From: Dehalococcoidia bacterium
Lineage (GTDB): Bacteria > Chloroflexota > Dehalococcoidia > Lucifugimonadales > UBA2985
DNA length: 64,000 nucleotides
Assembly (NCBI GenBank): GCA_965221925.1
Contig: OZ244924.1
Location: 328,989-392,988, forward strand
Direction of reading: 5' to 3'
The position numbers and the translations under genes were made by a program. Below, piece by piece: positions 8,659 through 19,292 of this stretch (positions are counted from its first letter, which is position 1; each line of letters starts with the position of its first letter). The notes beneath the pieces were generated by a model that saw only the letters and a list, made by a program, of their open reading frames with translations, searched no databases and was not told where the DNA came from.

Positions 8659-9702
8659 GTGCAGAAGATACGACTATGGGAAATATCCCCCGACCAAAAG
8701 CTTGCCGAGTTGACCACCAACCAGATCTCCCTGGAGGAGCGGCTGGAAGACTGGCTGGCAAGCGACATTTCGGTACTGGACCCCAATCTGCTCGTCATAG
8801 GAAGGCAGGTGAACACCGACTTCGGCGGCGCCATAGACCTGTTGTGTCTTGACAGCGCAGGCGACACGGTAGTTGTGGAGTTGAAGAAAGGCAAGACTCC
8901 GCGTGAAGTTACCGCACAAGCCCTGGACTACGCGTCCTGGGTGAAGGACCTGTCTTCAGAACGGCTTGGGGGCATAGCCGATGACTACTTCCGTAGTCCC
9001 GACTCACTGGGTGCGCAGTTTCAGAACAATTTCGGGGAAGACCTGCCGAGTGAGCTTAACCTGAACCATCGTTCTCTGGTAGTCGCCGAGGAGATAGACG
9101 CCGGCACGGAGAGAATAGTGCGTTACCTGTCTGATATGAACGTGCCTGTCAACGCAGCCACGGCGCAGCGCTTCAGAGATAAAGACGGGCGCGAGATATT
9201 GGCGCAAGTTTACCTGATAGAGCCTGAAGTGGCGGAGGCGAAGTCCAAGTCCGCGTCAAAGAGGACGCCACGTCATAGCCTGCAGGAACTTCAGGCCATG
9301 GCTGAAGAGAACAGCCTAGGTGAAATGTTTCGGCTGATAAGAGAGGGTACTCGGGGGATTCTTCTCGCACGGACCTACTTCCAGAGAATTTTGTATGGTG
9401 TGCGGACTGACAGCGGCGGTCAACGGTTGGCGCTAATTGTTCACTCTATTCCAAATGGAGATGGCCCCGGCTTGCCTTTTGTCGCACACGCTTCCCGGTT
9501 CAGCGAGTACTTGGGTGTGAGTATGGAGCAACTGCTGAAATGGCTGCCGGAAACCACTAGGGAAGCTCCCGTGAATCACTGGAGCGGCAGTTCTCCCGAG
9601 GAGAGAGCAAACGCGCTGGGCTTGACGGGGTCTTTCCAAGGCGTTGAAGAGGTGGAAACGTTCCTCGCCGGACTCAGGAGCAGGGTTCAGAGCAACTTAT
9701 AG
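8659..9702 (+). CDS. NucS/DUF91-like PD-(D/E)XK nuclease domain protein with uncharacterised C-terminal half
   Basis: GTG start with an AAGGAAGGGA SD. N-terminal GGAIDLLCLDSAGDTVVVELKKGKTPREVTAQALDYASW is the D...(D/E)xK pattern of the NucS C-terminal/DUF91 family. Confidence 0.55.
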   Translation: MQKIRLWEISPDQKLAELTTNQISLEERLEDWLASDISVLDPNLLVIGRQVNTDFGGAIDLLCLDSAGDTVVVELKKGKTPREVTAQALDYASWVKDLSSERLGGIADDYFRSPDSLGAQFQNNFGEDLPSELNLNHRSLVVAEEIDAGTERIVRYLSDMNVPVNAATAQRFRDKDGREILAQVYLIEPEVAEAKSKSASKRTPRHSLQELQAMAEENSLGEMFRLIREGTRGILLARTYFQRILYGVRTDSGGQRLALIVHSIPNGDGPGLPFVAHASRFSEYLGVSMEQLLKWLPETTREAPVNHWSGSSPEERANALGLTGSFQGVEEVETFLAGLRSRVQSNL

Positions 9703-9804
9703 ACGACCTACAGCCTTCTCCACCCCCTTGCGCCGCGCCACACCTACGGAAGAAGGCGGTCCGGCCACTGCCGGATATTCACGCAAAAATCGGTGGGAAA
9801 TGGG

Positions 9805-9833
9805 TTGACTTTCCTATTGCAGGGGAGTATATT
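9805..9833 (+). promoter_or_regulatory. sigma-70-type promoter candidate for rpoBC
   Basis: TTGACT (9805-9810), a 17-nt spacer, then TATATT (9828-9833), about 120-160 nt upstream of the rpoB start candidates. Confidence 0.5.
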
Positions 9834-9950
9834 GGCATATTGCCATCTATGCCCCACAAATTTCTCTGTTTTCTCTTTGAGCCTTTTCGATTGCGGGTTT
9901 CTCGCGTCCGGTACATGCCGTCCCAAATTCGCCCAGGAGCGTGATTTATC

Positions 9951-12900
9951 GTGGAATCTCTAGCTGTCGCTTCCCCTTCGAGTGTCCCCATGTCCTTTGC
10001 CCAGAAGTCCTACGCCAAAATACCGCGGGTGCTGGACGTCCCCAACCTGATACAGCTGCAGACCACCTCCTTTGACTGGTTCATAGGCGATTGTCTGAAG
10101 TCCCTGTTCCAGGAAATATCGCCCATACAGGATTTCACCGGCGGCAGGTTTGAGTTGTCCTTCCTGGATCACGAGTTCCACCAACCCAAGTTCACGGAGG
10201 AGGAGTGCAGAGCAAGGGAGAAGACCTTTGCGGCATCCCTTTACATTACTGCGCGTCTTCTGATCAAGGAGACCGGGGAGATGAAGGAGATGAAGCTCTT
10301 CATGGGCGACGTTCCCATGATGACGTCTCAGGGCACCTTCGTAATTAACGGTGTAGAGCGGGTTGTGGTTAGTCAGTTGGTAAGGTCTCCGGGGATATAC
10401 CTGACCGTGGAGAGGGACGTAGCCAGCGATAGAGACCTGTGCGCGGGCAAGCTCATCCCCTACAGGGGCGCATGGCTGGAGTTTGAGACCAGCAACAAGG
10501 ATGTCCTGTCGGTGAAGGTCGACCGCAAGCGGAAGGCGCCCCTTACCACCCTTCTCCGCGCTCTGGGACTGGTGGGCGAGAGTGAGCTGTTGACCCTGTT
10601 CCAGGACGTGGACAACGACATCAACCACCAGTTCATCAGGGCTACGCTGGAGCGGGACACCCACGTCCAGAGCCAGGACGAGGCCCTTCTGGAGTTCTAC
10701 CGTCGTCTGAGACCCGGCGAGCCGCCAAACGTGGAGAACGCTCGAAGCCTCATGGATAACCTGTTCTACAACGCTCGCCGCTATGACCTGGGCAAGGTGG
10801 GACGCTACAAGCTGAACCGCAGATTGGGCATAGACGTCAGTCCGTCTGAGCAGACCCTCACCAAGGAAGACCTGATAGCCGTGGTCAGGAAGATGATACT
10901 GGTGAACAACGGCCATGAGCCTCCGGACGACATCGACCACCTGGGAAATCGAAGGGTAAGAGCGGTTGGAGAGCTCCTTCAGAACGCCCTGCGAGTGGGG
11001 TTCCTCCGCATGGAGCGCGTTATCAGAGAGAGAATGACAACCCAGCCCAACCCTACCGAGGTTACCCCCGCTACACTGATAAACGTACGCCCGGTAGTGG
11101 CGGCCGTCAGGGAGTTCTTTGGAGGTTCGCAGCTCTCCCAGTTCATGGACCAGACCAACCCCCTGGCAGAACTGACACACAAACGGCGCCTTTCCGCCCT
11201 GGGGCCCGGCGGCCTCTCCAGGGAGCGGGCGGGGTTTGACGTGCGGGACGTGCACCACTCCCACTACGGCCGCATATGCCCCATAGAGACCCCGGAAGGC
11301 CCGAACATCGGCCTCTTGGGCTCTCTGGCTACCTACGCAAGGACCAACGAGTTCGGCTTTATCGAGACGCCCTACCGCAGAGTTCTGCGGGAGGCGCCAA
11401 ACAGCTACCCGGACCTCCGGGGACGCACCATCACCGAGGCCGTGGTAAATGACAGTGGCAAGGTGGTCGCCAAGAGCGGACAGACCGTGACGGGCGCCTT
11501 GGCGAAGCGTCTCGCCGCCATGCCTCCGTGTACCATCAAGGTGAAGCCCTTTGCCTCCACGGACCCGGAGGACATCGTCTACCTGGCCGCCGACGAGGAA
11601 GAGCGGTACCCCATAGCCCAGGCCAACTCTCCCCTGGATGACAAGGACCAGTTCACTACCGAGAAGGTTGAGATAAGACGGGGCGAGGTCTTCTCGCTGG
11701 AGCCGCCTGAGAACGTGTCCTACATGGATATATCTCCCATACAGATAGTAAGCGTGTCCGCAGCGCTGATCCCCTTCCTGGAGCACGATGACGCCAACAG
11801 GGCCCTCATGGGGTCCAACATGCAGCGTCAGGCCGTGCCTCTACTTCGCACGGAAGCCCCGCTGGTGGGCACGGGCATGGAGGGCAGAGTAGCTATGGAC
11901 AGCGGTCAGGTGGTCATATCTCGCACCGCCGGCGTCGTCAGCAGCGTATCGGGGAACAGCATTGAGGTCACAGACGTGGATCGCAAGGCGCATAAGTACC
12001 CGCTGATCAAGTTCCTGAGAAGCAACCAGGGCACCTGCATCACCCAGCGCGCCATTGTCACCAAAGGCGACGTGGTGCAGGCCGGGCAGCCACTGGCCGA
12101 TAGCTCCTCTACAGACCACGGCGAGTTGGCCCTGGGGCAGAACGTCCTGGTCGCCTTTATGAGCTGGGAGGGATACAACTTCGAGGATGCCATAATCGTC
12201 AGTGAGGACCTCCTGCGCAAGGACAAGTTCACGTCCGTGCACATAGAGAAGTACGAGGTGGAGGCACGGGACACCAAGCTGGGCGCGGAGGAGATCACGC
12301 GGGACATCTCCAACGTGGGAGAGGACGGGCTACGGAACCTGGACGAGGTCGGAGTGATCTATCCGGGCGCAGAGGTGGGACCGGGGGACATCCTGGTTGG
12401 GAAGATCACCCCCAAGGGTGAGACGGAGCTCACCGCCGAGGAGAAGCTGCTCAGGGCCATCTTCGGAGAGAAGGCCAGGGACGTTAGGGATACCTCCCTG
12501 AGAGTCCCCCACGGCGAAAGAGGCAAGGTAATAGACGTGAAGGTGCTCTCCCGGGAGAACAAGGACGAGCTCCAGCCGGGGGTGAATACCCTGGTGCGGG
12601 TGTGGATTGCCCAGACCAGAAAGATCGCAGCAGGCGACAAGATGGCGGGCCGCCACGGCAATAAGGGCGTCATCTCCCGCGTGCTCCCCGCGGCCGACAT
12701 GCCGTACCTTGCCGATGGGACCCCTGTGGACATCATACTTAACCCAATTGGTGTGCCCTCCAGGATGAACCTGGGACAGCTGTTTGAGACCCACCTTGGC
12801 ATGGCAGCCCATAGCCTCGGTATGAGAGTGGCAACCCCCGTCTTCGACGGAGCGGAGGACGGAGCCATTGAGGACGGACTTGCCAAGGCGTGGATGATAA

Positions 12901-13889
12901 GGCAGTCCGGGGCCAGAGACCCCCACTCGCCAAACGGCGACTCCCCTCCAAATATGGAGATAGTGAGGGAGTGGCTGGCCGGGAGAGGGTATGACCCGAA
13001 CCTGGTCCTGAGCGACGCGCATCCGGGTGAGGCCCGGCGGGCGTGTCTCAGGATTTGGCTCTCTGAGGAGATTGGGCTGGACATCTCTCAGATGTCGGAC
13101 GAGGACATTTCACGGGAGACCATTCGTCTGAGCAAGGAGGCCGGCAAGTCGGCTCCAACTCTGGGCAAGAGCATCCTGTATGACGGGCAGTCCGGCGAAC
13201 CCTTCTACCAGCCGGTCACGGTGGGCTTCATCTACATGATGAAACTCATTCACCTGGTGGAGGATAAGATACACGCCAGGTCAACAGGCCCCTACTCCCT
13301 GATAACACAGCAGCCCCTGGGAGGCAAGGCCCAGTTCGGAGGACAGCGGTTTGGCGAGATGGAGGTGTGGGCGCTGGAATCCTACAGCGCTGCTTACAAC
13401 CTCCAGGAGATGCTCACGGTCAAGTCCGACGACGTGATAGGACGGGTCAAGACCTACGAGGCAATTGTGAAGGGAGAGGACGTGGTCCAGCCGGGAGTCC
13501 CGGAGTCCTTCCACGTTCTGGTGAAAGAGCTGCAGAGCCTGGGCCTCTCGGTGGAGTTGCTCCATCAGGATGATGAACCACTTGTACTCCAGGACCCCGC
13601 GGAAGGGGTCACCCCGGAAGGTGAAAACCTGGATGAGGTTGGCGGCATTGACTGGGTGATGGACGTAGACGGGACAGACCTTGTGGACGGCGCTGATCTG
13701 GTCAATGGGATGGACCTTGTGGGCGGTACGGACCTGGTCGATGGGACTGACCTTGTGGGCGGTACGGACCTGGTCGATGGGGCTGACCTTGTGGACAGCG
13801 CCGACGAAAGCGATGCAGACACAGTCGGTGAAACAGACGGAACAAACGAAACAGAGGAGGTGGAGAATGCCTCAGACCATGGAATTTAA
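9951..13889 (+). CDS. rpoB: DNA-directed RNA polymerase subunit beta, with repeat-containing acidic C-terminal extension
   Basis: Canonical RpoB blocks throughout (e.g. [45 protein letters not shown]). Start is either GTG 9951 (AGGAG upstream) or ATG 9990 (MSFAQKSY). Confidence 0.95.
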   Translation: MESLAVASPSSVPMSFAQKSYAKIPRVLDVPNLIQLQTTSFDWFIGDCLKSLFQEISPIQDFTGGRFELSFLDHEFHQPKFTEEECRAREKTFAASLYITARLLIKETGEMKEMKLFMGDVPMMTSQGTFVINGVERVVVSQLVRSPGIYLTVERDVASDRDLCAGKLIPYRGAWLEFETSNKDVLSVKVDRKRKAPLTTLLRALGLVGESELLTLFQDVDNDINHQFIRATLERDTHVQSQDEALLEFYRRLRPGEPPNVENARSLMDNLFYNARRYDLGKVGRYKLNRRLGIDVSPSEQTLTKEDLIAVVRKMILVNNGHEPPDDIDHLGNRRVRAVGELLQNALRVGFLRMERVIRERMTTQPNPTEVTPATLINVRPVVAAVREFFGGSQLSQFMDQTNPLAELTHKRRLSALGPGGLSRERAGFDVRDVHHSHYGRICPIETPEGPNIGLLGSLATYARTNEFGFIETPYRRVLREAPNSYPDLRGRTITEAVVNDSGKVVAKSGQTVTGALAKRLAAMPPCTIKVKPFASTDPEDIVYLAADEEERYPIAQANSPLDDKDQFTTEKVEIRRGEVFSLEPPENVSYMDISPIQIVSVSAALIPFLEHDDANRALMGSNMQRQAVPLLRTEAPLVGTGMEGRVAMDSGQVVISRTAGVVSSVSGNSIEVTDVDRKAHKYPLIKFLRSNQGTCITQRAIVTKGDVVQAGQPLADSSSTDHGELALGQNVLVAFMSWEGYNFEDAIIVSEDLLRKDKFTSVHIEKYEVEARDTKLGAEEITRDISNVGEDGLRNLDEVGVIYPGAEVGPGDILVGKITPKGETELTAEEKLLRAIFGEKARDVRDTSLRVPHGERGKVIDVKVLSRENKDELQPGVNTLVRVWIAQTRKIAAGDKMAGRHGNKGVISRVLPAADMPYLADGTPVDIILNPIGVPSRMNLGQLFETHLGMAAHSLGMRVATPVFDGAEDGAIEDGLAKAWMIRQSGARDPHSPNGDSPPNMEIVREWLAGRGYDPNLVLSDAHPGEARRACLRIWLSEEIGLDISQMSDEDISRETIRLSKEAGKSAPTLGKSILYDGQSGEPFYQPVTVGFIYMMKLIHLVEDKIHARSTGPYSLITQQPLGGKAQFGGQRFGEMEVWALESYSAAYNLQEMLTVKSDDVIGRVKTYEAIVKGEDVVQPGVPESFHVLVKELQSLGLSVELLHQDDEPLVLQDPAEGVTPEGENLDEVGGIDWVMDVDGTDLVDGADLVNGMDLVGGTDLVDGTDLVGGTDLVDGADLVDSADESDADTVGETDGTNETEEVENASDHGI
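13671..13796 (+). repeat. 7 x 18-nt coding tandem repeat (hexapeptide G-x-D-L-V-D/G/N) in the rpoB 3' end
   Basis: [43 protein letters not shown] 32-nt stretch is duplicated exactly (13713-13744 and 13749-13780). Confidence 0.9.
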
Positions 13890-16800
13890 CGCTATCCGCA
13901 TCTCCATTGCTTCCCCGGAGCAGGTGAAATCCTGGTCTTACGGAGAGGTAACCAAGCCGGAGACCATCAACTACCGTACCTTAAGGCCGGAGAAGGACGG
14001 GCTTTTCTGCGAGAGGATCTTCGGTCCCACAAAGGACTGGGAGTGCTTCTGCGGAAAGTACAAGAAGATACGCTACAAGGGCGTGATCTGCGACAGGTGC
14101 GGCGTGGAAGTGGCGCGCTCCAAGGTCAGGCGAGAGCGGATGGCCCACATCCAGCTCGCCGCTCCCGTAGCCCACGTCTGGTTCTCCAAGGGAATCCCCA
14201 GCCGCCTGGGGCTTCTCCTGGACCTCTCACCCAGGAACCTGGAAAGGGTCCTGTACTTCGCCAAGTACATCATCACCCATATAGACGAGGAAAAACGCTC
14301 CCGCTTCCTCCAGTCCCTCAAGGACTTCCTGGACCAGGAGGAAGAGGCGATTGACCAATCGCAGGCCCTGTCTCCAGAGGAGTCCACAGAGGAGTCCACC
14401 CCGGCTCCTACCAATGGAGTCGCAGCCAATGGGCATCAGGTCAACTCGGTGGCGGAAAGGGAGAAGCGGATAGAGGAGGCCCAGGCCCAGATAGACCAGC
14501 TGGAAGGACTGCGGACAATGGACCTCTTGACGGAAGCCACCTATCGCGAGCTGCGAGACAAGTACGGGGACATCTTCAAGGCCGACATGGGCGCGGAAGG
14601 CATCTTGGCTATCTTACAGCAGATGGACCTTGAGGCGCTCAAGCTGCATCTGCACGAGGAAATAGACGCAACCTCCGGGCAGCGCCGCAAGAAATCTATA
14701 AAGCGCCTCCGCGTTGTGGAGTCTCTGATAAAGAGCGATAACGAGCCTCAATGGATGATCCTGTCCGTGCTGCCCGTGCTGCCGCCGGACCTGCGGCCCA
14801 TGGTGCAGCTGGACGGAGGGCGGTTTGCCACCAGCGACCTCAACGACCTCTACCGGCGAGTCATAAACCGCAACAACAGGCTGAAGCGTTTGCTGGAGCT
14901 GGGCGCCCCGGAGATAATCGTCCGCAACGAGAAGAGGATGCTTCAGGAAGCCGTGGACGCCCTCATAGATAACGGGCGTGTTGGCAAAGCCATCTCCGGG
15001 AGCCATAACCACAAGCTCAAGTCTCTGGCAGACCTCCTCCGAGGCAAGCAGGGAAGGTTCCGGCAGAACTTGCTGGGCAAGAGGGTGGACTACAGCGGGC
15101 GTTCCGTTATAGTGGCGGGGCCTGAGCTGAAGCTCAACCAGTGCGGCCTTCCCAAGAGGATGGCCTTGGAGCTGTTCAAGCCCTTTGTGATGAATCGCCT
15201 GATCCTGGACGGCCACGTCCACAATATAAAGAGCGCTAAGCGTATGGTGGAGCGGGTGAGGCCGGAGGTGTGGGACATTCTGGAAGAGGTGATAGCCAAG
15301 AGGCCCGTGCTTCTCAACCGCGCGCCCACGCTGCACCGGCTGGGAATTCAGGCCTTTGACCCGGTGCTTGTGGAGGGGAGCGCTATCAAGATCCACCCCC
15401 TGGTCTGCACGGCTTTCAACGCCGACTACGACGGCGACCAGATGGCAGTGCACGTTCCCCTGTCCAGAGAGGCTGTCCAGGAAGCCAGACAGCTCATGCT
15501 CAGCACGCAGAACATGCTCTCGCCCAGCTCCGGAGAGCCGATTGTGGCCCCCACCCTTGACATCGTTTTCGGCTGCTACCATCTGACCATGGAGACCCCT
15601 GGCGCCGCGGGGGACGGCTCCAGGTACAACGACTTTAATGAGGCCAGAACGGCCTATGAGAATGGCGTGGTGGGCCTGAGAGCTCCAATTCTCATAAAGC
15701 AGTCCAACAACGGCTCCGGCGTTACCTGGTTCAAGACCACCGTGGGACGCATCATCTTCAACGAAGTCCTGCCTGAGGGCATCAGCTTCCGCAACCAGAT
15801 AATGGACAAGAACCTGCTCAAGGATCTGGCCGCGGAGTGCTACCGCACCCAGGGGAACAAGGTGACCGCAGACGTGCTGGACAGGATCAAGCGGCTGGGC
15901 TTCCACTACGCCGGACAGTCCGGCACCACAATAGCCATCAACGACATTGAGGTGCCCGCTCAGAAGAAATCGCTGATAGATGGCGCCACCAGCAAGATCG
16001 ACAGCCTCGAAGAGCAGTTCCAGAGAGGACTCATCACCGAGGACGAACGATACAATACGGCCGTTCAGATCTGGACGGAAACCAACGACCGTATGACCAA
16101 GGTCATTGAGGAACAGCTGCCCACCTACGGCGGGGTCTACCTCATGGCTATCTCCGGGGCCAAGGGCAACATAGCCCAGATAAAACAGATGGCCGGTATG
16201 CGTGGACTGATGAGCAACCCGCGTGGCCGCATTATCGAGCTGCCCATCAAGTCCAGCTTCCGAGAGGGACTCAGCGTCCTGGAGTACTTCATATCCACCC
16301 ACGGAGCGCGCAAGGGTCTGGCGGACACGGCGCTGCGGACCGCCGATAGCGGTTACCTAACTCGCCGCTTGATCGACGTATCGCAGGAGGTAATCATCCT
16401 GGAGTACGATTGCGGCACCGCTATGGGCATTACGCTGGAATCGCATCCCGACAAGCCCCTGGAAGCCCCATTTGACACCCGCATCGTGGGTCGCACCGCC
16501 GCCAGCCCCGTGGCAGACCTCGCCACGGGCGAGATCATCGTGGAGCGCGATCAAGAGATAAACGAGGACCTTGCGGCAAAGATCGTCGCCCTGGATATCG
16601 GCGAGGTACGCGTACGCTCCGCTCTCAACTGCGAGTCTCGCAGCGGAATGTGCAGCCTGTGCTACGGACGCAACCCGGCTACAGGCAAGCAAGCCATATC
16701 CGGAGAAGCGGTGGGCGTCATGGCGGCTCAGAGCATTGGAGAGCCGGGGACACAGCTGACTATGAGGACGTTTCATACCGGCGGCATTGCCGGCGTGGAT

Positions 16801-17832
16801 ATTACCAGCGGCCTTCCCAGGGTTGAGGAGCTCTTTGAGGCCCGCTCACCCAAGGGACAGGCCGCCCTGGTGGAGATCGACGGTGTGGTGGAGAGGATCG
16901 AAGACGGAGAAGAGCGGCGGATAAGGGTGGCCAGCACCGATGAGTACTCGGAGGAATACGCTCTGCCCACCGGCTACCTGCCCCTGGTGGCGGAGGGCGA
17001 ATGGGTAGAGGTGGGCGCCACGCTGGCCGGCCCTGAGCAGGAATCGCCCCAAAGCGACGGGGAGAGCGTTCCCCAACCCCTCCCGTTGACGGCCAGAATC
17101 GCCGGGCGGACCCGGATTACCGACAACGCCATCACCCTGGTTTGGGAGGAGCGGGATGAGCGGGAGTACCTGATACCACCGGCCTCCCATGTGCTGGTGG
17201 AGGACGGCGCCACGGTGAACGCCGGCGACCCCATTACCGCAGGCCCCCTCAACCCGCAGGACATACTGCGCATACTGGGTCGGGAGGCGGTGCAGCAGTA
17301 CCTGCTGGACGAAGTGCAGAGGGTCTACCGCTCCCAGGGCGTAAACATCAACGACAAGCACATTGAGGTGATAGTGCGGCAGATGCTCAAGAAGGTTAGG
17401 GTGGACTCCCCCGGCGATACCGACATCCTCCCAGGCGAGTTGGTGGACAGGATAAGCTACGAAGACTCAAACGCCAAGGTGCTGGCCGAAGGTGGTGAAC
17501 CGGCGATGGCATCGCCGGCCCTGCTGGGTATCACAAGAGCGTCACTGAGCACGGACAGCTTCCTGGCCGCTGCCTCCTTCCAGGAGACGGCGCGGGTCCT
17601 TACGGAAAGCAGCATGAATGGGGCCGTGGACCACCTGAGGGGGCTGAAGGAGAACGTCATCATTGGCCGCCTCATCCCAGCCAATCTCAACTCCTCTCAA
17701 GAGGGTAGGGACCGCCTGGGGCTGGGTGGGGTAGGCGCGGACGGGGACGCTCCGGGCGCTTCTCAGCTGACCCTGGAGTCAGAGGCCATCTCTCACGTTC
17801 TGGAGTCTGCGCCCGGCGACGTGGAGTTCTGA
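13867..17832 (+). CDS. rpoC: DNA-directed RNA polymerase subunit beta'
   Basis: Start set at [20 protein letters not shown] (ATG 13867), which overlaps the rpoB end by 23 nt. Zn-binding CxC...Cxx[10 protein letters not shown] catalytic motif and conserved C-terminal blocks. Confidence 0.95.
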   Translation: MPQTMEFNAIRISIASPEQVKSWSYGEVTKPETINYRTLRPEKDGLFCERIFGPTKDWECFCGKYKKIRYKGVICDRCGVEVARSKVRRERMAHIQLAAPVAHVWFSKGIPSRLGLLLDLSPRNLERVLYFAKYIITHIDEEKRSRFLQSLKDFLDQEEEAIDQSQALSPEESTEESTPAPTNGVAANGHQVNSVAEREKRIEEAQAQIDQLEGLRTMDLLTEATYRELRDKYGDIFKADMGAEGILAILQQMDLEALKLHLHEEIDATSGQRRKKSIKRLRVVESLIKSDNEPQWMILSVLPVLPPDLRPMVQLDGGRFATSDLNDLYRRVINRNNRLKRLLELGAPEIIVRNEKRMLQEAVDALIDNGRVGKAISGSHNHKLKSLADLLRGKQGRFRQNLLGKRVDYSGRSVIVAGPELKLNQCGLPKRMALELFKPFVMNRLILDGHVHNIKSAKRMVERVRPEVWDILEEVIAKRPVLLNRAPTLHRLGIQAFDPVLVEGSAIKIHPLVCTAFNADYDGDQMAVHVPLSREAVQEARQLMLSTQNMLSPSSGEPIVAPTLDIVFGCYHLTMETPGAAGDGSRYNDFNEARTAYENGVVGLRAPILIKQSNNGSGVTWFKTTVGRIIFNEVLPEGISFRNQIMDKNLLKDLAAECYRTQGNKVTADVLDRIKRLGFHYAGQSGTTIAINDIEVPAQKKSLIDGATSKIDSLEEQFQRGLITEDERYNTAVQIWTETNDRMTKVIEEQLPTYGGVYLMAISGAKGNIAQIKQMAGMRGLMSNPRGRIIELPIKSSFREGLSVLEYFISTHGARKGLADTALRTADSGYLTRRLIDVSQEVIILEYDCGTAMGITLESHPDKPLEAPFDTRIVGRTAASPVADLATGEIIVERDQEINEDLAAKIVALDIGEVRVRSALNCESRSGMCSLCYGRNPATGKQAISGEAVGVMAAQSIGEPGTQLTMRTFHTGGIAGVDITSGLPRVEELFEARSPKGQAALVEIDGVVERIEDGEERRIRVASTDEYSEEYALPTGYLPLVAEGEWVEVGATLAGPEQESPQSDGESVPQPLPLTARIAGRTRITDNAITLVWEERDEREYLIPPASHVLVEDGATVNAGDPITAGPLNPQDILRILGREAVQQYLLDEVQRVYRSQGVNINDKHIEVIVRQMLKKVRVDSPGDTDILPGELVDRISYEDSNAKVLAEGGEPAMASPALLGITRASLSTDSFLAAASFQETARVLTESSMNGAVDHLRGLKENVIIGRLIPANLNSSQEGRDRLGLGGVGADGDAPGASQLTLESEAISHVLESAPGDVEF

Positions 17833-17881
17833 AAAGCGGACTGCGAAAGTGGAGGGGCATCTCCCCGGGGTATCACGGTAA

Positions 17882-17958
17882 GGGCGGTTAGCTCAGCTGG
17901 TTAGAGCGCTACCTCGACACGGTAGAGGTCAGTGGTTCGAGTCCACTACCGCCCACCA
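17882..17958 (+). tRNA. tRNA-Val (anticodon GAC)
   Basis: Acceptor GGGCGGT/ACCGCCC, D-arm GCTCAGCTGGTTAGAGC, anticodon arm CTACC-TCGACAC-GGTAG, T-arm AGTGG-TTCGAGT-CCACT, encoded CCA. Confidence 0.9.
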
Positions 17959-19116
17959 GAATGTACCGAACTGCGAACTCGGCCGTTCAGGGCGATCTCT
18001 GCGGCGTCGGCTCCCCCTATGGGAGAGTCCTCCGGCGTGGGTATGGAGTAGACGATGGCGGCCCTGCCGGGCTTGACCGCGACCTCCTTGACGAAAGAGT
18101 GGACGAAGGCCCTGGTCTCGGTAAGCTCGCTGGTCTTGAGGAACTCGCTCATGTCCTCGGCGAAGGTGGCGATGGTGTCGGCGCTGTCCAGGAACTGCCG
18201 CCGCTCTGCGAGCATCGCTCTCGCCTCCTGTGCGGCGACCTCCAGCTTCTCCTTGCGCTCCCGGTGCTCCCTGATGCGCTCGGAGGCGTCGGCCATCTCG
18301 ATGTCGGTGGTCTCGATGACCTGCCAAATGCGACCCAAGCGCCGCTTGACCTCCTCAAGCTCCTCCTCGATGGTCTGAAGCCGCTGGCGCTGCTCGTGGG
18401 CCACCCCGTCCATCTCCTCGTCCAGCAGCTTCACCAGGTCTCGGATGTTGGACTCGGTGAGGACGTTGGCCCGAATCTCGTCTACGATGAGCTTCTCGAA
18501 GGACTTGGCGTTGAGCCTGGGGGTCTTGCAGGTCCCGCTGCCCCGCTTGAGGAGGGAGTGGCAGACGTAGTAGGTGTACCTGCCGCTCTTGGCCTCGGCG
18601 GCGGTCATGGCCTTGCCGCAGGTCTCGCACTTGAGCAAACCGCTGAGCAGGTAGGGGCTGGAAGCGCGTCGGGGGTTCACCTTCTTGGGGGCGCGTGACC
18701 CCAGCAGCTTCTTGACCTTCCGGAACTCCCCCTTGGAGACGATGGCGGGGTGTGCGTTCTCGACGCGCACCGGCGGCGCGCCGTCCTTGGCGGTGGTTCC
18801 CCAGACCAGGGTGCCCGTGTAGGCTTCGTTGAGCAGCACGTTGTGGATGGTGGTCTTCAGCCACCTCTTGCCGTTGGTGGTGGGGATGCCCTCGGAGTTG
18901 AGGGGTCTTGGTCACGTCGAGGATGCTGCTGCCTTGGAGTGCCATATCGAAGATGCGCCGTACCACGGCGTCGGCGGGCGGGTCAAGCTCCAGCTTGGGG
19001 CGCTTCTTCGTCCCGTCCTGGACGTAGACCTTCCGGTAGCCGTAGGGGGCGAAGGTGGTGACCCAGAAGCCTCTGGAAGCGGCCTCCCGCATCCCTCTCG
19101 TGACCTCTTGGGCAAG
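17946..19116 (-). pseudogene. large serine recombinase, C-terminal ~390 codons (split by insertion, plus a 1-nt frameshift near 18900)
   Basis: Two frames join as ...SSILDVTKT / LNSEGIPTTNGKRW.... Recombinase domain (FAPYGYRK), zinc ribbon (CETCGKAM...YYVC) and coiled coil. The last 13 nt overlap tRNA-Val. The N-terminal domain lies at 37602-38022. Confidence 0.8.
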
Positions 19117-19126
19117 GATATCGGTT
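19107..19126. other. left junction of nested element (attL-like): ttgggcaAG|gatatcgg
   Basis: Homology to the split recombinase gene stops at 19116. Confidence 0.65.
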
Positions 19127-19158
19127 ATTCAATCGACACAAAAAGATCAGGTATACAT

Positions 19159-19254
19159 GGGCGGTTGGACTTGAAGCCAGTTGACAACGACGATTGCTCA
19201 CGAAGCCTGCGTGGTTCGAACCCCCATTACCGGGAGCGTACCGAACTGCGAACT
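19159..19254 (+). pseudogene. degenerate tRNA-Val-like relic plus 17-nt flank repeat (relic att region)
   Basis: Starts GGGCGGTT like tRNA-Val and contains GGTTCGAAC. It ends with GTACCGAACTGCGAACT (19238-19254), identical to 17963-17979 just 3' of the real tRNA-Val. The middle does not fold as a tRNA. Confidence 0.45.
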
Positions 19255-19292
19255 TGTTGCTGGGAGGTCTCCATCTGAGGACGGCGAGCTAT

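Noticed and set aside
13681-13866. Upstream extension of the rpoC ORF ([19 protein letters not shown]...)
   Set aside because: It is an alternative-frame reading of the rpoB hexapeptide repeat DNA. Conserved RpoC sequence starts at [12 protein letters not shown].
9960-16302. Very long minus-strand ORFs (9960-11786, 608 aa; 14614-16302, 562 aa) opposite rpoB and rpoC
   Set aside because: They are antisense shadows of highly conserved genes in GC-rich DNA. Their translations are low-complexity (R/G/L/V-rich) with no motifs.
19159-19237. Possible second tRNA gene downstream of the recombinase fragment
   Set aside because: Only the first 8 nt, a GGTTCGAAC box and the 3' flank resemble tRNA-Val. 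I could not build acceptor, anticodon or T stems, so I treat it as a relic.
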